Assembly (NCBI GenBank): GCA_945875195.1
Contig: CAMCJW010000002.1
Span: 1-36,975 of the forward strand
DNA from: Chitinophaga pinensis
Lineage (GTDB): Bacteria; Bacteroidota; Bacteroidia; UKL13-3
Direction: 5' to 3'
DNA length: 36,975 bases
The notes beneath the pieces are model-generated. The model saw only the letters and a list, made by a program, of their open reading frames with translations, searched no databases and was not told where the DNA came from. Within the stretch, counting starts at the first letter, position 1. Every line of letters starts with the position of its first letter. This document shows positions 1 through 8,581 of the stretch, piece by piece. The translations under genes and the position numbers were made by a program.

Positions 1-96
1 CCAGTTTCGGGTATTACTTGTATTTGGGGACATGCGAAACTGGAGTTTCGTGTGTGACTCAATTTTTGATTTAAAAGGTAGGGAGTTTCGGGTATA
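1..96. repeat. Cluster of AGTTTCG(G/T)GT motifs: three direct copies about 40 bp apart plus one inverted copy
   Basis: AGTTTCGGGTAT occurs at 3-14 and 84-95, and AGTTTCGTGTGT at 44-55. CGAAACTGG at 35-43 is the exact reverse complement of CCAGTTTCG at 1-9. It abuts the 44-50 copy, giving CGAAACT-GG-AGTTTCG. Confidence 0.7.
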
Positions 97-263
97 TTTA
101 CCTTGCGCGCAGTGGTGAGGCTTACAGTGATTTTGTTAAAATCATTAACGATTTTTGGGGCAGTGTTATTCATTTTGTTTAATTTTTCAAAAGCTTTTAT
201 TGATAAATTTGTATGCTTACCTCCTCAAATCTAATTAAAAAAATTAAAAAAACAAGCCTCCCT

Positions 264-1913
264 TTATTCACGCTCATCATGCATAAATAGTTGGTCTAAC
301 GGACTCCTAATTTGATCAAAGCCCTTGGTGGTTACGTGCGTATAAATTTCAGTGGTCTTACTGCTTTCATGTCCTAACAAACTCTGTATATACCTCAAAT
401 CTGTTCCATTTTCCAACAAATGCGTTGCAAAACTGTGCCGTAAACTATGTACACTAACCCTTTTGGTTATTCCCGCCTTTTTTACAGCATCTTTCATAAT
501 TAACTGTATGCTTCTTGAAGAATACTCCTCTCCTCCCACACCTTCAAATAACCACTTTTGTGGCTTATACTTTTTAAAATATATTCTTAGCAACTCCAAA
601 ACTGTAACCGACAAAATAGTATACCTGTCTTTTTTACCCTTGCCTTGCTGAACCCTTATTTGCATCCTATTGGAGTCTATGTCTTTTATGGTTAACTCAA
701 CCAATTCTCCTAATCTCAAACCAGCAGAATAGGCTAACATTAAAATCGTTTTGTGCTTTAAATTATCAATTACGCTAAAAAGTTTTTTCACCTCCTCCAC
801 GCTCAATACCTCTGGCAACTTTGTCTCCTTCCTTGGCCTATCTATCAAATAAACCTTCCTGCTTCCACCCAATACTTTTTCATAATAAAATTTAATGGCA
901 TTTATTGCCTGATTCTGATAAGAAGCCGATACCTTTCTTTCTATAACCAAATACCTTAAAAAATCAGTAATCTTTGCTTCATCAATATCCTCCGGCTTAA
1001 TGCTTGAATAATGATTAATAAACTCTAAAAATAGCGCGCAATAGCTTTTTATTGTTTGCATACTATACCTCAACTCCTTCAATTTTAAGGTGTAATTTTC
1101 TGGTATTGCTTTGTAGCCTTCAATATCAAAAGACGAGGCCCTAGACTTTCCCGTTGCCTCCTTCATGTCAACTTCATACCTCATTTCTAAACCAAATACG
1201 TGAGCCAAGTTACCCAACTCCTTTACAAACCTTTCTGCATACGGAATGCTCCAACACCTTTGCTCCCCATGCCACTTATTATATGGAAACCGCTTTACCT
1301 CTTTTACTAATTCTGTTTCATGAATAAAAAATAACTTAAGCCGGTTTTGAATGGTTCTTATTATAATTAATTCTCCCTTAGCAGCAACAACCTTTGGCCT
1401 GCTGCTGCCCTCCTCATTTAGCTCTTCTATTGTGTGAACCTCACTAACCCGCTCCTTAAAATAGTCCTTAATCAAACTCAAATTCTGCCCATAATTGGGC
1501 ACTATCCAAGTATAATTTTTCTTGTCCCAACGGCAATACCTCAAAGATAAAAGAAACCTGGTGTCTTGCTCGTTCTTCTTAAGCTTAATGCCTATTTTCT
1601 TTGTGCTGATGGTTATTACAACAGCTGCGGTATTTGCAGGCAAAACCTCATTGCTCTCTATTGCTTTTGGTAGATCTGCCTCAATAGGTTTAGGCGCATT
1701 TTTTTCTTCAGTTTTCTCGGCATATTCAATAGCCGGAAAAGTACTTTTCAACTCATTAAATGATTCTCTGTTGTAGGGCAACAACCATGCGCCGTGCGTT
1801 TTGCTCCAACTGGCACCTTTAATTTGCTTTAACTTACTTACTAAGTTAGGTTCAAACGGAAAATCTACTTTAATTTTTTGCTCACCGCGGTGCTCAACTT
1901 TACTTGCTTTCAT
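264..1913 (-). CDS. Tyrosine-type site-specific recombinase/integrase (Xer/IntI-like catalytic domain) with a ~245-aa N-terminal extension
   Basis: 549-aa ORF with an ATG start. The C-terminal half carries the catalytic signature AGLRLGE ... HSLRHSFATHLLENGTDLRYIQSLLGHESSKTTEIYTHV (R, H-x-x-R, H, Y). A SAM-like core-binding region is present (RYSMQTIKSYCALFLEFINHY ... NQAINAIKFYYEKVL). Confidence 0.9.
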   Translation of the reverse strand: MKASKVEHRGEQKIKVDFPFEPNLVSKLKQIKGASWSKTHGAWLLPYNRESFNELKSTFPAIEYAEKTEEKNAPKPIEADLPKAIESNEVLPANTAAVVITISTKKIGIKLKKNEQDTRFLLSLRYCRWDKKNYTWIVPNYGQNLSLIKDYFKERVSEVHTIEELNEEGSSRPKVVAAKGELIIIRTIQNRLKLFFIHETELVKEVKRFPYNKWHGEQRCWSIPYAERFVKELGNLAHVFGLEMRYEVDMKEATGKSRASSFDIEGYKAIPENYTLKLKELRYSMQTIKSYCALFLEFINHYSSIKPEDIDEAKITDFLRYLVIERKVSASYQNQAINAIKFYYEKVLGGSRKVYLIDRPRKETKLPEVLSVEEVKKLFSVIDNLKHKTILMLAYSAGLRLGELVELTIKDIDSNRMQIRVQQGKGKKDRYTILSVTVLELLRIYFKKYKPQKWLFEGVGGEEYSSRSIQLIMKDAVKKAGITKRVSVHSLRHSFATHLLENGTDLRYIQSLLGHESSKTTEIYTHVTTKGFDQIRSPLDQLFMHDERE

Positions 1914-2130
1914 GGCTCTATTTATCCTAGGGGTTCAACCACAAAGATGAATAAGCTCAAGCATTTATCAAACTGCCAAAGCCAAACTAAATCCAGTATC
2001 TAGGATTTAAACTTTGGTTTTTATAACGCAGTTGGCCTAATTAAGATGAATTTTTTAATTTTAAATGATTATAAAATTCACATAAAATCATCAAAGCTAT
2101 TTTGAGATTAAAAGTTGTTTGCAATAAGGA

Positions 2131-2447
2131 TTATTTTACCGGTATGTGCCTTTTCATTTTTATAAGGTTTTGCCTACAATCAAAAACATCAGTGATATAA
2201 ATATCACTATCAACAACTCGATAAATTATTTTTAATTACCTTCAACTAAATAACGATGGCCTTGATTTAAGTCTGTTAGATTTTCTTCCAAGACTCCAAT
2301 AAATGGTTGATTTATTGTAGGTTTAGTTGCAGAAAAGATTGATTTTTTGATTTTTTCTGCAACCTTTTCTCCTGCAACCATTCGATAATATAAAAAGATT
2401 TTTTTTAATTCAGAAATAGCAAAATTAGTCCAAATAATTTGCCTCAT
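2131..2447 (-). pseudogene. ParE/RelE-family type II toxin, interrupted by a frameshift in an A-run
   Basis: The 71-aa ORF 2232-2447 ends ...GHRYLVEGN-stop. Shifting one frame at the A-run (2229-2234) continues as LKIIYRVVDSDIYITDVFDCRQN... down to a stop at 2131-2133. That is the expected C-terminal part of a ~100-aa ParE-like toxin. Its start lies 4 nt after the stop of the upstream small ORF. Confidence 0.7.
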
Positions 2448-2451
2448 AGAA

Positions 2452-2697
2452 TTACCAGTTTTTTGCTTGTGACTCTAATTCTTTTTGACTCAAAACATGT
2501 CCCTTTTTTATTTGCTTGTTCGAAAACTCTGCTCTCTCAATAAGCTCTGTTTTAGTAAAAACAATGTCAACTGGCTTTATTGACTTTAAGCTTTTATGAA
2601 TGTTAGATTCAACTTTATCAAAAACTTTTTCGTCTTGAATACCTAATAAATATTCTATAAGATTTATTTTTCTTAATTGCAGGCTCGAAGATTTCAT
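2452..2697 (-). CDS. Putative antitoxin partner of the ParE-like toxin
   Basis: 81-aa ORF immediately upstream of the toxin and on the same strand, with a 4-nt gap. Its size and position are typical of an antitoxin-first type II TA operon. I recognise no catalytic motif. Confidence 0.55.
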   Translation of the reverse strand: MKSSSLQLRKINLIEYLLGIQDEKVFDKVESNIHKSLKSIKPVDIVFTKTELIERAEFSNKQIKKGHVLSQKELESQAKNW

Positions 2698-3050
2698 GTT
2701 TCAAATTTTTGTGGGAAGTTAATAAAAAACAAATTGATTGCAAAGCGGTCTGTTTTTACAAAGCGGCCTTATCGCCAAATTATTCCTTTAAGCACTTTGC
2801 TGCAAACCCGCTTTATACAAAAACTTAAGCTCTTTGGGTAAACGCCTTATCTCCGAATGATACAAAATATCATATGCCCCTTGATTCTCCAACTTAATGT
2901 TTAAAGGCGCATTAAAATCTGGCGCCATCACCAAAAACAGTCTTGGCCTAATCTTAGTGATATCTTATTGTTAATTATATATGTACTATACCCAAACCTG
3001 ATGCCAAAAAATTTATTTAGAGTTTCCATTTATTTATCGATTTTCGTTTC

Positions 3051-5801
3051 ATGAGAAAATTAATCCTTTTCCTGGGCTATATTTTGTTTTATGTCAACGG
3101 CCTTTTGGCTCAAACCGAAAACGATTGGCTAAGTGGATACAAATTTGAAAACGATACCCTTTACTTCCTATTTGCAGAAGATGTTTACCAAATAAAAGCA
3201 CAAGGCATTGTTGTTACCGGAGCCTTCCGTGGCTGGAGCCAAGACTTAAAAGACCCTGCTTGGCAGTTAAGCCCTATTGGAAACGGAAAGTGGAAACTCG
3301 CTGTTTTCAACCCCAACTTTGAAAAAGTAAAGCCGGCTATGCCTTTCAAATTCAGAACCCATGAGGGCAAATGGATGGACCCTCCCAAATCTGCCCCAAA
3401 TATTGATGGCGGAAACTTGGTGTTTTTAAAAGGTATGGTTCCCCTTGCTGCAGAAGCTACCATACTTTCAAATGAATACATACAAGTTACTATCAACGGT
3501 TTGAACCAAAGCCAATTCGACAAACTCGATAGAGCTAGTTTTGTGCTCAAAACCGCGGCAGCAGAAGTTGTACCGCTCAGTGTTATGGAAATTGAAACAA
3601 ACAAACAAACTTTCCTAGAAACCAAATCTATTGCGCTTTTTATTACGCCTAAAACCCCTATAGACAAGCGCAGGCCCTATTACCTAGAAATACCCTCCCT
3701 TAAACAAAATGTACTTTGTAGTTACGATGGCTGGTTTAAAATGCTAAAAAGCGATAAAGAACTTGGTGCAAACATAAGTGCAGATGGCAAAGCCACAAGT
3801 ATCCGCGTTTTTGCCCCACGTGCAACTTCTGTTAAAGTATATCTCTACCAAACCAAAGACCAAAAAGAGCCTAGCCAAGTTCATGAAATGAAAATAGATT
3901 CACAAGGCGTTTGGGAATTCGGTTCGAACCAAAACTTAGAAGGCTTGTGGTATGATTTTACCGTGCATGGTTTCAATGACCCCGGAAACTCCTTTTTTGA
4001 AACCCATCCGGTACACATCAGCGACCCCTATGCCCGCGTAAGCGATGATAGTTTTGGCAAATGTCGCATTACCCGCAAAACCACGCCTGCAATGCCTTTA
4101 AAGGGTGGAATACCCAAATTAGAGAACGTAATGGCCTACGAGGTACACATCCAAGATTTCACAGATTTATTGCCGCTCGATTCAAATCTACAAGGCACCA
4201 TTCCTGCAATGGGAATTAGTGGTTTAAAAAACAAAAGTGGCGCCCCAATAGGTTTTGATTACCTCACCAAACTAGGTATCAACACCGTTCATTTAATGCC
4301 TGTTCAAGAGATGCTGCATTGGCCAAAAGATGAATGGGAAACCGCTTTTAAAAACGACCCATACATGATTGAACAAGGTGTGGCCACAGAAAATTACGAC
4401 TGGGGCTACCGCACCTCACATAGCTTTGCCATTGAATCTAGGTACCGCCAAAAAAACACAGAACCCGGCGCCGAACGCGAACAGTTTAGAGACTTGGTTC
4501 AAAAATTCCACGATAAAAACATTGCCGTTATTGTTGATTTGGTGTTCAACCACACCGCCGAAAACATGGATGGCCGCTCTTATTTGTTTCATTTCAACGC
4601 ATTCGACAAACAATATTATTACCGAACCAAAAACCTTGAACACATTGGTGAATATGGCAACGAAACCAAAAGCGAAAACCGCTACATGACCCAACGTTGG
4701 ATCATTGATCAATGCAAACACTTAATTGAGGAATTTGGCGTAGATGGCTTTAGAATTGACCTCGCCGGACAAACAGATAAACAAACATTACTAAGGCTCA
4801 AAAATGAATTGCCCGATGATATCATCATTTACGGTGAGCCTTGGATTGATAGCAACGACCCTGCATACAACAAAAACCCGGATTGGCATTGGTACAAACA
4901 AGATGCGCCCATTTGTTACTTTAACGACGACTCCCGCAATACCTACAAAGGTCCAGTGTTTGAGCTCAACAACAAAGCAACTGACCGTGGTTGGGCTGGC
5001 GGAAATGCTGCTTTAAGAGATGATGTAAAAAAAGCACTTACCTGCGGCTTTCCCACTCAAAAAAATATCAACAGTGGCATCAATTACCTCGATATCCATG
5101 ATAATTTTGCCCTCGCCGAGCAATTTGCAACACAAGGTTTTGATGGCAGATTTGGGGTAGATGAACTAAACTATAAAATAGCAGCAACCCTCCTCTTTAC
5201 CACTCCCGGACCACTTGTTCTGCATGGTGGTTCAGAAATGATGCGCAGCAAAGGATTGGCACCACTCAAAGAAATTGTGAAAGAAATTCCAAGTGGCAAA
5301 ATATACTTCCACGGCAAAAGAGATACCTATAACGTGCGTTTTGCCAATCATTTTATTTGGAACAATGTGGGCAAAACAATCGACAAAAAACATACGCCAA
5401 ACCCTGCTATTCCATACCAAAATGCCGACTACCAAAACATGATCGATTATTGGAAAGGCCTTATGGAGGTTCGCAAACGATATCTGTTTCCGCTTCCAGC
5501 CTTTCAATCAGAAAGCACACAACCCTTTCAATTGCCTGCAAACGCATTCACCTTTATTGAACCAAAAGATGAAAATGTGCTTGGTTATTTTATAGATGGA
5601 AAAGTTTTTGTGATGCTAAACACAGGCAAAAAAATGCACGAACTCACCATTGAATTTCCAAAAGGAAAATGGAATTTAGTTGGCAACGAAAACCAAATAG
5701 CCCTAGACCCAAAGTTCGCCCAATACCACAAAAACATAACAGGCGGCCAACGCAAATACATCGTAGAACCCTACTCCATCACCATCTGGATCAAAGAATA
5801 A
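3051..5801 (+). CDS. Secreted GH13 alpha-amylase-family enzyme, pullulanase / debranching type, with N-terminal CBM48-like modules
   Basis: 916 aa with a signal peptide (MRKLILFLGYILFYVNGLLAQ). All four GH13 conserved regions are present: VDLVFNHT, GFRIDLAGQ, YGEPW, YLDIHDN. A CBM48-like segment (SIRVFAPRATSVKVYLY ... GVWEF ... YDFTV) precedes the catalytic domain. Confidence 0.85.
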   Translation: MRKLILFLGYILFYVNGLLAQTENDWLSGYKFENDTLYFLFAEDVYQIKAQGIVVTGAFRGWSQDLKDPAWQLSPIGNGKWKLAVFNPNFEKVKPAMPFKFRTHEGKWMDPPKSAPNIDGGNLVFLKGMVPLAAEATILSNEYIQVTINGLNQSQFDKLDRASFVLKTAAAEVVPLSVMEIETNKQTFLETKSIALFITPKTPIDKRRPYYLEIPSLKQNVLCSYDGWFKMLKSDKELGANISADGKATSIRVFAPRATSVKVYLYQTKDQKEPSQVHEMKIDSQGVWEFGSNQNLEGLWYDFTVHGFNDPGNSFFETHPVHISDPYARVSDDSFGKCRITRKTTPAMPLKGGIPKLENVMAYEVHIQDFTDLLPLDSNLQGTIPAMGISGLKNKSGAPIGFDYLTKLGINTVHLMPVQEMLHWPKDEWETAFKNDPYMIEQGVATENYDWGYRTSHSFAIESRYRQKNTEPGAEREQFRDLVQKFHDKNIAVIVDLVFNHTAENMDGRSYLFHFNAFDKQYYYRTKNLEHIGEYGNETKSENRYMTQRWIIDQCKHLIEEFGVDGFRIDLAGQTDKQTLLRLKNELPDDIIIYGEPWIDSNDPAYNKNPDWHWYKQDAPICYFNDDSRNTYKGPVFELNNKATDRGWAGGNAALRDDVKKALTCGFPTQKNINSGINYLDIHDNFALAEQFATQGFDGRFGVDELNYKIAATLLFTTPGPLVLHGGSEMMRSKGLAPLKEIVKEIPSGKIYFHGKRDTYNVRFANHFIWNNVGKTIDKKHTPNPAIPYQNADYQNMIDYWKGLMEVRKRYLFPLPAFQSESTQPFQLPANAFTFIEPKDENVLGYFIDGKVFVMLNTGKKMHELTIEFPKGKWNLVGNENQIALDPKFAQYHKNITGGQRKYIVEPYSITIWIKE

Positions 5802-5820
5802 GGATAGTTATCAAAAAAAA

Positions 5821-5889
5821 GAAACCAAGCAACAATTAATAATTTAAAATAAAAAACAATTAAATATAAAAAAATTGTTGTTTCGTTTC
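5821..5889 (-). terminator. Distal hairpin of a duplicated terminator module downstream of glyA
   Basis: GAAACCAAGCAACAATT (5821-5837) pairs with AATTGTTGTTTCGTTTC (5873-5889) at 15/17 positions. On the minus strand the stem is followed by an 8-T run, the complement of the A8 at 5813-5820. Confidence 0.5.
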
Positions 5890-5903
5890 TTCGTAGTAAA
5901 AAC

Positions 5904-5942
5904 CAAAGTAAAGCAACAAAAAATTGTTGCTTTGTTACTTTG
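5904..5942 (-). terminator. Proximal rho-independent-type terminator hairpin downstream of glyA; may also serve the convergent GH13 gene
   Basis: CAAAGTAAAGCAACAA, an AAAA loop, then TTGTTGCTTTGTTACTTTG. On the minus strand the stem is followed by GTTTTTAC. It lies 15 nt past the glyA stop. Confidence 0.6.
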
Positions 5943-5956
5943 CAGTAAAAACCCCC

Positions 5957-7228
5957 CTATTGATAGAGCGGAAAGCCCTCCATGAGTTTATTTACTTCCT
6001 TACCAACCTCCGTTAACAAAGTATCATTATCAGCATTCATCAATACTTTATCTATCAAAGTAACCACATTACCCATGTCTGCCTCTTTCATAAACCTACT
6101 GGTAATAGCAGGAGTTCCAATCCTAATACCAGAAGTAACAAACGGAGATTTATCGTCAAATGGCACCATGTTTTTGTTGATGGTAATATGCGCTTTAATC
6201 AATGCATTCTCTGCAGCTTTACCACTAATGTTTTTGTTTCTAAGGTCAATCAACATTAAGTGATTCTCTGTGCCACCACTAATTATTTTATACCCTAAAT
6301 CAACAAAAGCATTTGCCATAGCGCTAGCGTTGATTTTTACTTGTTTAATATAAGCTTGATATTCATCGGTCAACGCCTCTCCAAACCCAATGGCTTTTGA
6401 GGCAATTACATGCTCCAACGGACCACCTTGCGTGCCCGGAAAAACAGCCCCATCAAGTATTGCACTCATCATTTTAGGCTCGCCTTTTGGTGTGGTTAAT
6501 CCCCAAGGATTTTCAAAGTCTTTGCCCATCATAATAATACCACCTCTTGGTCCACGTAATGTTTTATGTGTGGTTGAGGTTACTATATGGCAATGTGGTA
6601 TTGGATCATTCAATAATTTACCCGCAATCAATCCTGCTGGATGCGAAATGTCTGCTAGCAACAAGGCTCCAACTTCATCTGCAATTTTTCTTAAGCGCAC
6701 ATAATCCCAATCTCTGCTATAGGCCGAAGCGCCGCAAATAATCATTTTGGGCATTTCGCGCTTAGCAGCAACTTCAACCTTATCCCAATCTATTAAACCG
6801 CTTTCTGGCTCTACCCCATAAAAACTAGGAGAATAGAGTTTACCCGAAAAATTAACAGGCGAGCCGTGTGTTAAGTGTCCGCCATGCGACAAATCAAATC
6901 CCAATATTTTATCTCCAGGGTTTAAACAGCCCAACATTACTGCTGCATTGGCTTGAGCACCACTATGTGGTTGTACATTAGCCCATACTGCCCCAAATAA
7001 TTCCTTTAACCTACTAATTGCCAAATTCTCTACCACATCAACAAATTCACAACCGCCGTAATACCTTTTTCCAGGCAAGCCCTCTGCATATTTATTGGTA
7101 AGCACAGAACCCATTGCTTCCATTACCTGTTTACTAACAAAATTCTCAGAGGCAATTAACTCTAATCCGTTCTCTTGGCGTTGCAATTCTTTCTCAATTA
7201 AATTGAAAATTTCTAGGTCTCTTTTCAT
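5957..7228 (-). CDS. glyA: Serine hydroxymethyltransferase
   Basis: Motifs [17 protein letters not shown] and the PLP-lysine motif [15 protein letters not shown] place the start at the internal Met ([15 protein letters not shown]), which gives the usual ~423 aa. The 35-codon upstream extension in the ORF track has no SHMT counterpart. Confidence 0.95.
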   Translation of the reverse strand: MKRDLEIFNLIEKELQRQENGLELIASENFVSKQVMEAMGSVLTNKYAEGLPGKRYYGGCEFVDVVENLAISRLKELFGAVWANVQPHSGAQANAAVMLGCLNPGDKILGFDLSHGGHLTHGSPVNFSGKLYSPSFYGVEPESGLIDWDKVEVAAKREMPKMIICGASAYSRDWDYVRLRKIADEVGALLLADISHPAGLIAGKLLNDPIPHCHIVTSTTHKTLRGPRGGIIMMGKDFENPWGLTTPKGEPKMMSAILDGAVFPGTQGGPLEHVIASKAIGFGEALTDEYQAYIKQVKINASAMANAFVDLGYKIISGGTENHLMLIDLRNKNISGKAAENALIKAHITINKNMVPFDDKSPFVTSGIRIGTPAITSRFMKEADMGNVVTLIDKVLMNADNDTLLTEVGKEVNKLMEGFPLYQ

Positions 7229-7288
7229 AATTTTTATAATAAGTGGGCGTTGCAAAATACTATTTTGAAACAAACTAATAAAATAGAT

Positions 7289-7296
7289 TATTTTTG
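7289..7296 (+). promoter_or_regulatory. Candidate Bacteroidota -7 promoter box (TAnnTTTG) for the nucleotidyltransferase gene
   Basis: TATTTTTG at 7289-7296, 44 nt upstream of the ATG at 7340, in the divergent glyA/7340 intergenic region. Confidence 0.3.
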
Positions 7297-7339
7297 TCTC
7301 TCGCCTTTTTGGTTCAAACCGAAATAAGAACACCTAACA

Positions 7340-8332
7340 ATGAAAGCAATAATTCCAGTTGCGGGTATTGGTACTCGCCTCAGACCACATACGCACACCC
7401 AACCTAAAGCGCTCATTCCCATTGCCGGTAAGCCAATATTGGCGCATATTACCGAAAACTTAATAGCTGCGGGTATAAAAGATATTGTTTTTGTAATTGG
7501 GTATTTGGGCGATAAAATTGAACAGTATATTTTACAAAACTACCCGCAAATTAATGCCCAGTTTGTTATTCAAACCACAGGTAAAGGCGTTGGGCATGCA
7601 ATTTGGTTGGCAAAAGATTGCATAAATACCGATGAGGAAATTTTAATTGTTTTTGGCGACACCATTATTGATGCAGATTTAAAAACCATTTGTGCCTATA
7701 AAGGAAATTATTTAGGCATTAAAAAAGTAGATGATCCTCGCTTGTTTGGTGTGGCAGAAATAGACAAAGACGGCAATATTATAAGGGTAGTTGAAAAGCC
7801 AGATATTCCAAAAAGTAATTTGGCCCTGGTGGGGGTTTATAAAATTGAAAATAGCCAAATGTTACTGGCGTTTCTCGACAATAACCTTGCACAAAAATTA
7901 ACTACGCATGGCGAGTACACCCTTACCGATGCCATTATGCAAATGATTAATAAAGGTGTTGCTTTTCATTCCTTCAATGTGTCTAATTGGTTCGACTGTG
8001 GCAAAAAAGAAATTTTGCTAGAAACAAATTCGCTATTGCTTAAGCGTCTAAATTACGATACTACACAATATGTGTTCGAAAACACCATTGTAATACCACC
8101 CGTATTTATTGGTGCTGGTTGCAAAATCACCAACTCTATCATTGGGCCAAATGTATCCATTGGCGAAAATGCCATCCTCAATTATGCAACCATAAAAGAG
8201 TCTATTATTGGTCCGTATGCGCAAATAGAATTTGCCATTTTACACCGCTCGCTGATTGGCAATGATGCCTTGTTAAAAGGAATGAGCCAAAGCCTAAATA
8301 TTGGCGATAGCACCGAAATTAATTTTGGTTAA
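7340..8332 (+). CDS. Sugar-phosphate nucleotidyltransferase with a C-terminal left-handed beta-helix
   Basis: N-terminal NTP-transferase signature MKAIIPVAGIGTRLRPHTHTQPKALIPIAGKPIL. The C-terminus has hexapeptide-like repeats (IGAGCKITNSIIGPNVSIGENAIL...). Confidence 0.8.
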   Translation: MKAIIPVAGIGTRLRPHTHTQPKALIPIAGKPILAHITENLIAAGIKDIVFVIGYLGDKIEQYILQNYPQINAQFVIQTTGKGVGHAIWLAKDCINTDEEILIVFGDTIIDADLKTICAYKGNYLGIKKVDDPRLFGVAEIDKDGNIIRVVEKPDIPKSNLALVGVYKIENSQMLLAFLDNNLAQKLTTHGEYTLTDAIMQMINKGVAFHSFNVSNWFDCGKKEILLETNSLLLKRLNYDTTQYVFENTIVIPPVFIGAGCKITNSIIGPNVSIGENAILNYATIKESIIGPYAQIEFAILHRSLIGNDALLKGMSQSLNIGDSTEINFG

Positions 8333-8529
8333 TCCTTTTAATTCAACACCCTAAATCTAATTGTCTCTCCGGTATTCCCTTTCTATCATTTCAATTAACA
8401 CTTATTTATCAGTGTGGCTTGCTAAACTTATTTCTGCCAACTCCAATATTGCTTCTAATTGTGTAAAGGTGCTATCAAAATCAAATAAATAATAAGTGGG
8501 CTTCATCTTACTTAATTAAGTAAAACAAA

Positions 8530-8557
8530 AAGAGCTCCGCAAATTTGCAGAGCTCTT
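8530..8557 (-). terminator. Rho-independent terminator hairpin after the T9SS-cargo gene
   Basis: Near-perfect palindrome AAGAGCTCCGCAAATTTGCAGAGCTCTT, 25 nt past the stop at 8582. It is flanked by a T-rich run on the minus strand (complement of AAAACAAAAA). Confidence 0.7.
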
Positions 8558-8581
8558 CTTTTAAATAGTAATATCAATGAA

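Noticed and set aside
1-33. Minus-strand frame open to the left window edge, starting at ATG 31-33 (MSPNTSNTRNW...)
   Set aside because: Only 11 codons are visible, and their apparent repetitiveness is the translation of the AGTTTCG DNA repeats. That is too little to call a gene.
3185-3667. Antisense or alternative-frame ORFs inside strong CDSs, for example 3185-3667, 4369-4721, 12075-12446, 13337-13615, 14147-14407, 21516-21812, 32043-32339, 34310-34579
   Set aside because: All are fully embedded in genes with clear family motifs on the other strand or frame. They have low-complexity or hydrophobic shadow compositions, and none has independent support.
3920-3935. 16-nt exact repeat CGGTTCGAACCAAAAC, also at 12837-12852, containing a tRNA T-arm-like GGTTCGAA
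   Set aside because: Both copies lie inside well-supported CDSs (GH13 and dsbD) with no surrounding cloverleaf potential. One identical 16-mer pair in a ~37-kb AT-biased window is about what chance predicts.
7229-7333. Long N-terminal extensions in the ORF track: glyA 7229-7333, LysM hydrolase 11002-11058, dsbD 11224-11256, pyrF 19908-19931, M16 32710-32739
   Set aside because: In each case an internal Met gives the family-typical N-terminus or signal peptide. Several also give a clean stop/start junction with the upstream gene. The extensions have no homologous counterpart.
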